32,000 nucleotides of DNA from Candidatus Baldrarchaeota archaeon (GTDB lineage: Archaea > Asgardarchaeota > Baldrarchaeia > Baldrarchaeales > DXJG01): the NCBI GenBank assembly GCA_019056805.1, contig DXJG01000001.1, positions 120,001-152,000 on the forward strand, given 5' to 3'. Below, in pieces: positions 1 to 8,736 of this stretch. Numbering within the stretch: the first letter of the stretch is position 1; every line of letters starts with the position of its first letter. Below the pieces are notes generated by a model. The model was not told where the DNA came from, did not search any database, and was given only the letters and a program-made list of their open reading frames with translations. Both the position numbers and the translations under genes were made by a program.

Positions 1-1056
1 ATCAAAAAACTTTTGATAAGACATAGTCCAAAGTTTGTCTGAAGATTTAACGAAGTACTTTTCTCTGGAGATTTTAATAACTCCTTCTGGACAGGCATTT
101 TCACATGCACCACAAAAGATGCAGAAATCTTCTACAATTAATATTTTTGTCGGTACAGGTTTTCTAGGAACATATATTACATTAACTGGGCAGATATTCA
201 TACAGTTTTTACAGCCACTCGGGTCACATTTCTCAGGTTTTAATATTTCAGCTTTGCCAAGAAGAGGTTTTGCAAATTGGATTGCTTCCGTAGGACAAAA
301 CTTAGCACAAATACCGCACCAAACGCATTTCTCATCATCAATTACAAGGCTTCCTTCGATTTTTAACTCACCTATTTTACGGGGAGCTGAAGCAGTGCAT
401 TCAACCTTTATAGCGTCTGATGGACATATTTTTTCACATAGCCCACAATAATCGCAAGAGTTCTCTTCTACTGAAATGGTAATGCCAGGCTTATATTCTG
501 GTGGTTGTGGATCAACCCATGTAATTTTTACAGCATCGCATAAAAGTTCACATAGTCCACAAAATGAACATTTCTCCACATCTATACTTATTTTACCCTT
601 AGCCCATTCTTTATCTTCATATTTTACCAGTTCTTCCTTTTTTGGTACTTTAATGTCAACCTTTACAGCATTGCGAGGACATATTTTTTCACATAGCAAA
701 CATGGTATGCACTTCTCAAGATCTACTTTTATTTCACCTTTAATTTGTGGATATTGAGGTTTTTCTTCGAATTCTAATTTTAGAGCTTCAAAAAAACACA
801 CTGATGAGCATAGAGGACAAGCAACGCATTTAGTTTCATCAATTACTATGAGAGGGGCTTCAAATTTTCCAGCAGCTACTTCAGTTACTGGTCCAAGGGA
901 AATCGCATCCACAGGGCAAACCAATTTGCAGAGGCCACAAGCCGTGCATTTTTCCATATAGAAGTTAAGTTGCTTAGAAAGTTCTGGGGCTTTCCACTCA
1001 TAAGTTAAAATATTGTCTAAGATGATTAGCTCCAATTTTGGTTTTTCAACAGCCAT
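1..1056 (-). CDS. fwdF: Polyferredoxin, formylmethanofuran dehydrogenase subunit F-like (3' end runs off the window)
   Basis: Missing from the ORF track; translated by hand from ATG at 1056 (1 nt after the hdrA stop): MAVEKPKLELII...YMEKCTACGLCKLVCP...KVFD, open to position 1. Eight ferredoxin-type Cys motifs: CTACGLCKLVCP, CVACPLCSSVC, CIPCLLCEKICP, CSFCGLCELLC, CDYCGLCEKICP, CVWCGICAKFCP, CDPSGCKNCMNICP, CIFCGACENACP. Confidence 0.85.
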   Translation of the reverse strand, partial: MAVEKPKLELIILDNILTYEWKAPELSKQLNFYMEKCTACGLCKLVCPVDAISLGPVTEVAAGKFEAPLIVIDETKCVACPLCSSVCFFEALKLEFEEKPQYPQIKGEIKVDLEKCIPCLLCEKICPRNAVKVDIKVPKKEELVKYEDKEWAKGKISIDVEKCSFCGLCELLCDAVKITWVDPQPPEYKPGITISVEENSCDYCGLCEKICPSDAIKVECTASAPRKIGELKIEGSLVIDDEKCVWCGICAKFCPTEAIQFAKPLLGKAEILKPEKCDPSGCKNCMNICPVNVIYVPRKPVPTKILIVEDFCIFCGACENACPEGVIKISREKYFVKSSDKLWTMSYQKFFD

Positions 1057-1057
1057 A

Positions 1058-3442
1058 TTAATCCCCTTCAGTAAATTCACTGCCTATAGGTCCAAGCTGT
1101 TTAATTCTATTTACAAAATCAGTGATTATTTCAGCAAGTCTTTTTCCCTCAGCCGCCGATGCCCCAACGATTTCTACTCTATCAGGTTTTATTCCATGAA
1201 ATTCTAATAATTTTTTGAGATGTTCTATCTTTTTGTCCGCTTTCAGACGACCAGTACGGTAATGACAGTCCTGTTCATGGCAGCCAACGATTAGAACTCC
1301 ATCGGCTCCAAGACTTAAAGCTTCTAGTATATGAATTGGATTAACTCTAACTGAACAAGGAACTCTAATGATCCTAATATTTGTCGGATAATTTATTTTA
1401 TTCACTCCAGCATTATCAGCAGCAGCGTAACCACACCATTTACACATAAAACTTACAATTAGAGGGTATTCTTTCTTATCAATCAACAAAACTTCCAACA
1501 TTTGTGATATTTGTTTATCACTGAGTTCAATTGATGGTTGAAGAGCACCAGAGGGACATACAGCTAGACATGCACCACAACCCCTGCATGCAGCTTCTTT
1601 AATATATACCTTCCTCTGTTCTATTTGAATAGCCCCAAAGTCGCAAGCTAAAGTGCAGAGACCACAGTGAATGCATTTTTCTTCGTCGAACTCTGGAGCC
1701 ACAGATTCTAATTCTAATTCTTTTAGAGATAGAAAAGTTAATGCTCTACTAGCTGCCAATCCTGCATGAGTTACAGTTTCAGTTATATCTTTTGGACCAT
1801 TACAAGTACCTGCTAGAAATATACCACTACTAAAGGTGTCAGACGGATTTAATTTTGGATGATATTCCATGAAAAAGCCATTTTCATCTAATTGTAACCC
1901 AAGAACGCTAGCTAGCTGCTTTGTGTCAGCACTAGGCTCCATACCAACACTTAAAACTACAAGGTCGAATTCTTCTTCCCTATATTTACATTCGAGAGTA
2001 TCTTCATAGAAAATTCTCAGTTTACCGGTTTTACTTTTCCTTATGTAACTTACTCTTCCCCTTACAAATTTTACACCAAGACTTAATGCCCTTCTATAGG
2101 CTTCTTCTCCCATTTTTCCGATTATCCTAATATCAGTGTAAAATATTGTTATATCCGTATCGGGTTTTGTGAGTTTTGTTTGTATAGCTTGCTTTATTGC
2201 ATACATACAACAAACTCTGCTACAATATTGTCTACCCACTTTATCTGATCGACTACCTACACATTGTATGAACGCTATTTTCTTAGCATCTTCGTTATTT
2301 GAAAATCTAATAATTTTCCCCTTGGTTGGTCCCATACTATTTAACATTCTCTCATATTCAGGACCTGTAACAACATCTAGATACCTACCATAACCATACT
2401 GTTCAATTTCCATAGGATTGATCGGAGAATATCCGGTTGCAACTATGATTGCTCCCACTTTAAGGGTAAAACGTTTTTCAGTATCTGAAAAGTTTATTGC
2501 ACCCTCACGGTCACAAATTCCTACACAATTCATACATCCAATGCACTTATCTATGTCGATATAAGGTGCCATGGGAACGGTTTGGGGAGCAGGCTTAACC
2601 ATTGCTTTTCTATAACCTATACCATATTCATATTCATTTGGAACTTCTATTGGACATACTTCTAAGCACTTATTACATCCATTACATATTTCCTCGTCAA
2701 TAAATCTTGGTTTTTTAACTATTTCAACAATATAACTGCCTGGTAATCCTTCGATTCGAATCACTTCACTTAGTGTAAAAACTTTAATTTTAGGATGGTT
2801 ATATGCCATCGCTAACAGAGGCCCTAAAATACATATGCTACAGTCAAGTGTAGGAAATACTTTATCCCATTTGGCCATATGCCCGCCTAAAAAACCGGAC
2901 TTTTCGACCAAATACACATCGATACCCATATTTGCGAGATTAAGAGCAGAAGTTACTCCTGCAACGCCGCCACCAATGATAAGTACTGCTTTTTCGATGG
3001 GAATTTTCAGCTTTTTCACTGGGCGCGAGTATTGAATTGAAGCTAAAGCCATATTTATGAGATCTAAAGCCTTTAATGTCGCTCTTCTCGGATCATGCCA
3101 ATGAACCCAGCTACATTGCTCCCTTACATTTACGATTTCAAGAAAACCGGGATTTAAACCTGCTTTTTCAATTCTTTCTTTAAATAATCTTTCATGCAAA
3201 GACGGAGTACAAGCCGCTATTAAAACTCGCTTAACTTTTTCTTTCTCCACTATTTCTTCTATTTTTCTTAGTCCATCATCACTACATAAGTGTTCATGTT
3301 CAAAACAAACTACATTAGGAATTTTTGACAACTGTTGAATTAAATATGGAATATCAATTACACCCGCAATGTTCGTACCACAATGACAAAGAAATACTGC
3401 AGTCTTTTCCTTAATTTCAAGGGGAATAGACAATATAGTCAC
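1058..3442 (-). CDS. hdrA: Heterodisulfide reductase subunit A fused to a C-terminal MvhD ([2Fe-2S]) domain
   Basis: N-terminal CHCGTNIA...LCS...AACTP...REQCSWVH cluster, GGGVAG FAD motif, FPTLDCSICIL, inserted ferredoxin domain, QCVGSR...CSRVCCMYAIK, C-terminal 2x[4Fe-4S], then MvhD motifs CKWCGYAAAD / RVPCSVRV / GCHEQDCHY. GTG start directly after the upstream stop. Confidence 0.93.
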   Translation of the reverse strand: MTILSIPLEIKEKTAVFLCHCGTNIAGVIDIPYLIQQLSKIPNVVCFEHEHLCSDDGLRKIEEIVEKEKVKRVLIAACTPSLHERLFKERIEKAGLNPGFLEIVNVREQCSWVHWHDPRRATLKALDLINMALASIQYSRPVKKLKIPIEKAVLIIGGGVAGVTSALNLANMGIDVYLVEKSGFLGGHMAKWDKVFPTLDCSICILGPLLAMAYNHPKIKVFTLSEVIRIEGLPGSYIVEIVKKPRFIDEEICNGCNKCLEVCPIEVPNEYEYGIGYRKAMVKPAPQTVPMAPYIDIDKCIGCMNCVGICDREGAINFSDTEKRFTLKVGAIIVATGYSPINPMEIEQYGYGRYLDVVTGPEYERMLNSMGPTKGKIIRFSNNEDAKKIAFIQCVGSRSDKVGRQYCSRVCCMYAIKQAIQTKLTKPDTDITIFYTDIRIIGKMGEEAYRRALSLGVKFVRGRVSYIRKSKTGKLRIFYEDTLECKYREEEFDLVVLSVGMEPSADTKQLASVLGLQLDENGFFMEYHPKLNPSDTFSSGIFLAGTCNGPKDITETVTHAGLAASRALTFLSLKELELESVAPEFDEEKCIHCGLCTLACDFGAIQIEQRKVYIKEAACRGCGACLAVCPSGALQPSIELSDKQISQMLEVLLIDKKEYPLIVSFMCKWCGYAAADNAGVNKINYPTNIRIIRVPCSVRVNPIHILEALSLGADGVLIVGCHEQDCHYRTGRLKADKKIEHLKKLLEFHGIKPDRVEIVGASAAEGKRLAEIITDFVNRIKQLGPIGSEFTEGD

Positions 3443-4723
3443 CTATATTTTGGATAATATTTTTCTAAGTACTTCTTCTTCTGAGAACATATTTTTTGGA
3501 GGCTTCAAGAAAGGTTTTAACTCTATTTTCTTTCCGTCAGTTCTTGTTATATATCCACCCGTTTCTAACCCAGTCAAAGTTACAGGTATTGTAACAGAAG
3601 CAAATTCCGATACTAAAGTGGGAATTTCTTCCAACGCTATTGTTGGAATCTTTAATAATTGTTTTGTTGCAGATCTTGGAATATGGGTAAAAATATCTGA
3701 TTTTACGATTATTGCGGCGTCAAAATTCCCTCTTAACAACTGATTTGTTACACTTGTTACCGACGGATTACTAACCGGACTACCGTTAGAAAAATCTATA
3801 GCATAAGTAAATCCTGTTTTTTTCTTGGAAATTAATGTGACACCCATAGAATTTAGATTTTCAGCCAGGGGAGTTACTGTACAAGTCTTCTTCGTACTTA
3901 TGGATTTAACTAGTTTTACAATATTTTCAATGATTTGATCAACATTTATGCTATACATTACCCCAGAACCTACAAATACAGCTACAAATGTAGCATTTTT
4001 TAAATCATGCATAAATGTGGCAAAGGATAATTGCGAAATTCCAGCAACATCATCTTCTGTGGAAGACTCCTGGCTAAAAGCATCTTGGATTTTGCTTATA
4101 AGGTCAAGGTCTTCACCAATATTCACAATAAGTTGATGTTGCGCAATCCTCGTAACTTTCGTTTTTCTAACATCAATGGTGGCAACGATTCGATTTTCTC
4201 TACCCGTTTTTACTATTTCTCCTCTGGGAAAAACAGAATATCTACTAGCCTGTCTTAAATGGGTATCAGCAAGGTTTGCGCCCCAGAAAACTATAAAATC
4301 TGCTTTATCAAGAATTTCCTCCAATTCTCCAATTCTTACTCCGTACTTTTCTAACAATGGGACTGTTAAATGGCAAATACTCGGACTTGTATCAAATGTT
4401 CCACCAATCTTCTCGGCGAGAGCCAACCCTAGTTCAATGGTTTCATTAGTGCTATTTTCGAAACCATAAACTAGTACCTTTTCAGCTGAAGACAATATTT
4501 CCACAGCTTTATCTATAGCGTCTTCTGTTGCCACACTACGTGTAATTCCATTTTCAAAAATCTTTGCTTCTAATAAACGAGTTGCTAGTACTTCTTTGAA
4601 TCGTTTGGTACCGTGACTACATGATCCATACACTTTGCTAATGCTTCCATCAGATACATCAATAACTATGTCATCACATAAAAGCGAGCAACCTGTGCAT
4701 GGAATATCGGTCAATTTTTTCAT
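3443..4723 (-). CDS. fwdB: Divergent formylmethanofuran dehydrogenase subunit B paralog
   Basis: CTGCSLLCDD...C [4Fe-4S] motif, SICH metal-ligand motif, FWGAN, DVRKT and GLETGGYITRTDG align with the canonical FwdB at 15476-16759; the RGHFN motif is replaced by AENLN. Confidence 0.8.
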   Translation of the reverse strand: MKKLTDIPCTGCSLLCDDIVIDVSDGSISKVYGSCSHGTKRFKEVLATRLLEAKIFENGITRSVATEDAIDKAVEILSSAEKVLVYGFENSTNETIELGLALAEKIGGTFDTSPSICHLTVPLLEKYGVRIGELEEILDKADFIVFWGANLADTHLRQASRYSVFPRGEIVKTGRENRIVATIDVRKTKVTRIAQHQLIVNIGEDLDLISKIQDAFSQESSTEDDVAGISQLSFATFMHDLKNATFVAVFVGSGVMYSINVDQIIENIVKLVKSISTKKTCTVTPLAENLNSMGVTLISKKKTGFTYAIDFSNGSPVSNPSVTSVTNQLLRGNFDAAIIVKSDIFTHIPRSATKQLLKIPTIALEEIPTLVSEFASVTIPVTLTGLETGGYITRTDGKKIELKPFLKPPKNMFSEEEVLRKILSKI

Positions 4724-5199
4724 GCAATCACCTTAATAGCTTCACTATAACAAACTATTTCACAAATATTACAATTTAACCTATGTGGAGGGTTTCTTCT
4801 ACATTTATCTAGATTTAACATCTTTATTTTTCCATCTTCCACAGTAAAAACAACATCTGTGGTTCTAGGGTTAATTCCCTTTGCGACTGCTGGTTCTATA
4901 GCAACATTAGCTGGACAGGCAATTACACAATTACCACAACCTATACACTTGTCTTCATCGATTTGGATAAGTGTTTGCATAGCAGATAAAAGAGGAGCTA
5001 TTAATTCCTGTAGTTGTTTAAGGTTCTCAGCGTATTTGGGGTCGTTAAAAAGAGGAGTGCATTGCTCGAGAGTTACCTCTCTTTGTAAGAGTTTTATAGC
5101 GAATGACATGCAGGTATGGCCGCATAATTTGCAATTTGTTTTAGGAAGAAGCTTATAGATTTGAAGCGGTGTAAGTCTTGTTGACAACTTATTTTTCAC
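4720..5199 (-). CDS. fwdG: FwdG-like ferredoxin with an N-terminal CdhE/RnfB-type Fe-S domain
   Basis: N-terminal LLPKTNCKLCGHTC...C four-Cys domain; C-terminal CIGCGNCVIACP and CRR...CNICEIVC typical of FwdG; stop overlaps the fwdB-like ATG (ATGA). Confidence 0.7.
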   Translation of the reverse strand: MKNKLSTRLTPLQIYKLLPKTNCKLCGHTCMSFAIKLLQREVTLEQCTPLFNDPKYAENLKQLQELIAPLLSAMQTLIQIDEDKCIGCGNCVIACPANVAIEPAVAKGINPRTTDVVFTVEDGKIKMLNLDKCRRNPPHRLNCNICEIVCYSEAIKVIA

Positions 5200-5312
5200 C
5201 CCATCTGACCTTTAATTCATCACAATCTTCCATGAAAGTATGTGATTTTCTTTAATTTCTTTTAAGGATATCATATTTCAAAGGTCTTTCATATCTCATC
5301 GGAATATTCCTA

Positions 5313-5663
5313 TTAAGTAACTTGTTTTCCATACATTTTCCAAAGTTCTCTCATTATGAAGTCTCCTTTAGATTTAACCTCTTCCCACGCTTCCTCTATT
5401 TCTAAACTATATACGTTTTTTTGTAAACATTCGTTATATTTTTCTATGAATTTTATCACAGCTTTCACTACTGGTTGCTGTAAAATTTCTAGTTTTTCTT
5501 TGCCTACATCTATACTACTTATCAAAGCTCCCTCAATGTACTTTTTATTACCAAGAATATCCATCAACACAAGTTTTCCTTCTTCATAGTAGACTCTGAC
5601 TATATCTTCTGCTACTTTGCTTTCCCGGTCTCGGTCTTTTATAAAAACTTTAAATTCACACAT
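5313..5663 (-). CDS. cooT: CooT-family nickel-binding protein with a helical C-terminal extension
   Basis: The ATG at 5663 gives MCEFKVFI...EDIVRV...LVLMDILGNKKYIEG, with the Met-Cys2 N-terminus typical of CooT; GGTGG SD-like sequence upstream. The ORF track start (5672) is probably too far upstream. Confidence 0.7.
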   Translation of the reverse strand: MCEFKVFIKDRDRESKVAEDIVRVYYEEGKLVLMDILGNKKYIEGALISSIDVGKEKLEILQQPVVKAVIKFIEKYNECLQKNVYSLEIEEAWEEVKSKGDFIMRELWKMYGKQVT

Positions 5664-5827
5664 TTTTTCCACCAGTTTTCAAACAATCTTGAGACTTATA
5701 AATGTAAATAGTTTAATTAGTATTGGAAGCGGGCTGATTTATAAGAGGAATTAGATATTATGAAACATTCTACAAATTTTTAAGTTTTGTTTTAGGAAAC
5801 CCTAAAAATTAAACAAATCAACAATGA

Positions 5828-6727
5828 TTGTTGACATTGCTAACAACTAATAAAAGGGGTTTGGAAATTCGCAAAAAATACATGGTAATCACAATCAAAA
5901 CGAAGTATTGGAAGCCTGGTACAAACTACATAGGTGTGATAGTGGATGTTCTAAAGGACAAAATTCGAAATGGCGATATAATTGTATTATCCGAGAAAGC
6001 ATTATCCACAGCTATGGGAAATCTCGTTGACGAATCTAAAGTAAAACCAAGTTCTCTGGCAAAATTTCTCGCTAATTTTTGGAATAGAATAATTTGGGGC
6101 TACATACTAGGGACACTCTGCCATCTTAAACCTGAAACAATCATCAAGCTACGAAACTACCCAGTTCGATACGGTGCAGCTCACAAACAATTAGCATTGT
6201 TTTACGGCGGATTCTTTCAAGCATTAAGACATTATTCTGAAGGAGGCATCGATGTTAGCAATATACCCTACACCTATGCATGCCTACCTTTAAAAAACCC
6301 TATAGACATTGCAAAAAGAATCTTAAAGGCCATAACACATGCTACTAGGAAAAAAGTAACAGTTATGATCGTTGATGGTGACAGTACCTTCTCTTTTAGA
6401 AATATTCACTTAGCTCCAAGAAAAGTTCCTGTTAAAGGACTTATACACTTCGGTGGATTCCTAACGTTTGTTATAGGTAGGTTCTTTAAAATGAAGAAAA
6501 CAGCCACCCCCATAGCTATTGTAGGTCGTCCATTACACATAAATGACGCCTTAGAAATAGCCGAACTAGCAGATAAAGCCAGGGGTCATGGAGCAGGCAT
6601 GACAGCCTGGGACATGGCAAAAAGATTTAAAGTCGGATTAACTCAAGTAACATGGGAAATGCTTAATAAAATAAAACATAAACCGATAACGATAATTAGA
6701 AGAATAAATCATGTCGTGGTGACTTGA
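5828..6727 (+). CDS. F420-0:gamma-glutamyl ligase-like (CofE-fold) protein, divergent paralog; start uncertain (5828/5861/5882)
   Basis: GDIIVLSEKALSTAMG, GGIDVSN, VMIVDGDS and TPIAIV motifs resemble the CofE/F420_ligase fold but differ from canonical CofE. Confidence 0.65.
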   Translation: MLTLLTTNKRGLEIRKKYMVITIKTKYWKPGTNYIGVIVDVLKDKIRNGDIIVLSEKALSTAMGNLVDESKVKPSSLAKFLANFWNRIIWGYILGTLCHLKPETIIKLRNYPVRYGAAHKQLALFYGGFFQALRHYSEGGIDVSNIPYTYACLPLKNPIDIAKRILKAITHATRKKVTVMIVDGDSTFSFRNIHLAPRKVPVKGLIHFGGFLTFVIGRFFKMKKTATPIAIVGRPLHINDALEIAELADKARGHGAGMTAWDMAKRFKVGLTQVTWEMLNKIKHKPITIIRRINHVVVT

Positions 6728-6775
6728 AAAATTTTAAAATTAAGAAGGATATAAGTACAAGAGGAGGGATACAGC

Positions 6776-7672
6776 TTGTTATATATTGGTGATGTAGAAA
6801 TTGAAGACACCTTTGCTGAAATGTTTCCTATGTGGGCTTCTAGGATACTTATAACAGCCGACAATGAGAAATGGGCGTTGACTGCGGCTCAAGCGGCAAC
6901 AGGATTTGGAACTTCCATAATAATGTCTCCTGCAGAGGCCGGTATAGAGAGGCTTGTTTCACCTAATGAAACACCAGATGGGAGAGTTGGAGCTATAATT
7001 CAAATATATCACCGAACGAGATTGGAACTTAAAATTCAAATGATATTTAGAATAGGTCAATGTGTTCTTACATGTCCAACTACGGCAGCTTTTGATGCTC
7101 TGCCGGAGGCAAAACGCAAGGTGAAAATTGGTCCAGCTCTAAGAAAATTTGGAGATGGGTTTGAAGTAAGAGATAAATTAAACGGTAGAGACATTTGGCG
7201 AATACCCGTCATGGAAGGTGAATTTATTATTGAGAACCTTTTTGGAGTTAAACCAGCAATTGCTGGTGGAAACTTTCTCATCTTAGCTAAAGATAAGGCA
7301 ACGGGTCTTAAAGCAGCTGAAGAAGCTGTTGAAGCGATTAAAAAGAGCAAAGCAAAAGTAGTACTTACATTTCCAGGAGGAATTTGTAGATCAGGATCAA
7401 AAGTTGGATCACTTAAATACAAATTACCAGCATCGACAAATCATCTATTCTGTCCAACATTAAAGGATAAAGTGCCAGAAACAGCATTACCAAAGGATGT
7501 TAATAGCGTATATGAACTAGTTATAAACGGCTTAACAGTAGAAGACATCAAAGAAGCCATGGCAGTCGGAGTAAAAGCTGCTGCAAGTGTCGAAGGAGTT
7601 AAGAAAATTACAGCAGCAAACTATGGAGGAAAACTTGGACCATACAAAATATACCTAAAAGACATCATTTAA
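6776..7672 (+). CDS. ftr: Formylmethanofuran:H4MPT formyltransferase
   Basis: VEIEDTFAEMF, EAGIE, ETPDGR, RIGQCVLTCPTTA, GGNF, GGICRSGSKVGS, ASTNHLFCPTL, ITAANYGGKLG; GGAGGG SD upstream of a TTG start. Confidence 0.96.
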   Translation: MLYIGDVEIEDTFAEMFPMWASRILITADNEKWALTAAQAATGFGTSIIMSPAEAGIERLVSPNETPDGRVGAIIQIYHRTRLELKIQMIFRIGQCVLTCPTTAAFDALPEAKRKVKIGPALRKFGDGFEVRDKLNGRDIWRIPVMEGEFIIENLFGVKPAIAGGNFLILAKDKATGLKAAEEAVEAIKKSKAKVVLTFPGGICRSGSKVGSLKYKLPASTNHLFCPTLKDKVPETALPKDVNSVYELVINGLTVEDIKEAMAVGVKAAASVEGVKKITAANYGGKLGPYKIYLKDII

Positions 7673-7680
7673 ATCATGTC

Positions 7681-8736
7681 TCAGCTATCTAACAACCTCA
7701 AATAATCTGAACCATTAGCTTCAGGAGAGCCTATAAGTATTCGATAGTAGCTAGTTCCCACAGTCCTATTAATAATATTCTCCAATTTTCCCCTTACTTC
7801 AATTTTTTCTCCCTCTCTAGCTATATCACTATAAAGCCCCTCGTAAGAAACAACTTCCTTTATGTTACCATTAATTTTTGGGCCTTCCACAATTTTTACT
7901 TGACTAATCTCGTATATTGCTGGGTTAAATATCGAATTTTCTGCATTTACAACAGTAGCTCTAACTTTTACTATACCAACCGGCCGAAACACGAAATCAT
8001 CATATGAACTGGAAATTTCTTCTTCCACCTTTACTGGGTGTATAGAAAACAAAGTCCCATCAAAAATTCCTCGATTCCACTTTCTTTCACATATCTTTCT
8101 TGCATCATCTAATTCAAGACGATAAAGACTGGATACTTTAACACACCATTCCTTAAATTCAACTTTCGAAAATTTTCTTACATTAGAGGCAGAATCTCGA
8201 TAAAGATTTAACAACGTCTCCTTAACCTTGTAACTGTTGTCTTTTCCGTAAATTATTAAGTCTATGTCAGAGAATTCCACTCTATGAATATTAATAAGAA
8301 TCGACCCTGTAATCCCGAAAGAATTCAAAGGAACATTACTTTCCTTTGAAATCAACTTAACTAGTTTTATAACCTTTGATTCAAGTTCATCCTGCGCAGA
8401 ATTTTCTAAAATTTCTCTTAATCTTTCCTCAGGTTTAAAATGCTTTTCGATATAATCAGTCGGTACAAAAGACATCATTATATTCAGATTTTTATCCTTA
8501 TACAAATATTGCGGATACTTTTCCTTCAACAGGCTGAAAGTTTCCTTGAGCGAAGGTATTGTATAATGTCTTAATACACGTTTAAATTTCTCAACTCCAC
8601 GACCCCAAGAACCAGTTTCATCTGGTACATACTTTAAATATGCAATAATCTTGTCGTTAGGATGAATGTTGCCAACAACTACAAAAAATAAACCATCTTT
8701 AGTCAATAAATAATCTCTATCTCTAAATCCTCTCAT
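7681..8736 (-). CDS. Predicted Pol-beta-type nucleotidyltransferase (COG1665-like), paralog 2
   Basis: GITGSILINIHRVEFSDIDLIIYG (GS...DxD) motif, N-terminal HP...IIAYLKYVPD and a C-terminal OB-like region. Confidence 0.75.
   Translation of the reverse strand: MRGFRDRDYLLTKDGLFFVVVGNIHPNDKIIAYLKYVPDETGSWGRGVEKFKRVLRHYTIPSLKETFSLLKEKYPQYLYKDKNLNIMMSFVPTDYIEKHFKPEERLREILENSAQDELESKVIKLVKLISKESNVPLNSFGITGSILINIHRVEFSDIDLIIYGKDNSYKVKETLLNLYRDSASNVRKFSKVEFKEWCVKVSSLYRLELDDARKICERKWNRGIFDGTLFSIHPVKVEEEISSSYDDFVFRPVGIVKVRATVVNAENSIFNPAIYEISQVKIVEGPKINGNIKEVVSYEGLYSDIAREGEKIEVRGKLENIINRTVGTSYYRILIGSPEANGSDYLRLLDS

Noticed and set aside
35-1207. Plus-strand ORFs 35-451, 476-757 and 1013-1207 in the ORF track
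   Set aside because: Antisense shadows of the real minus-strand polyferredoxin and hdrA; no protein motifs.
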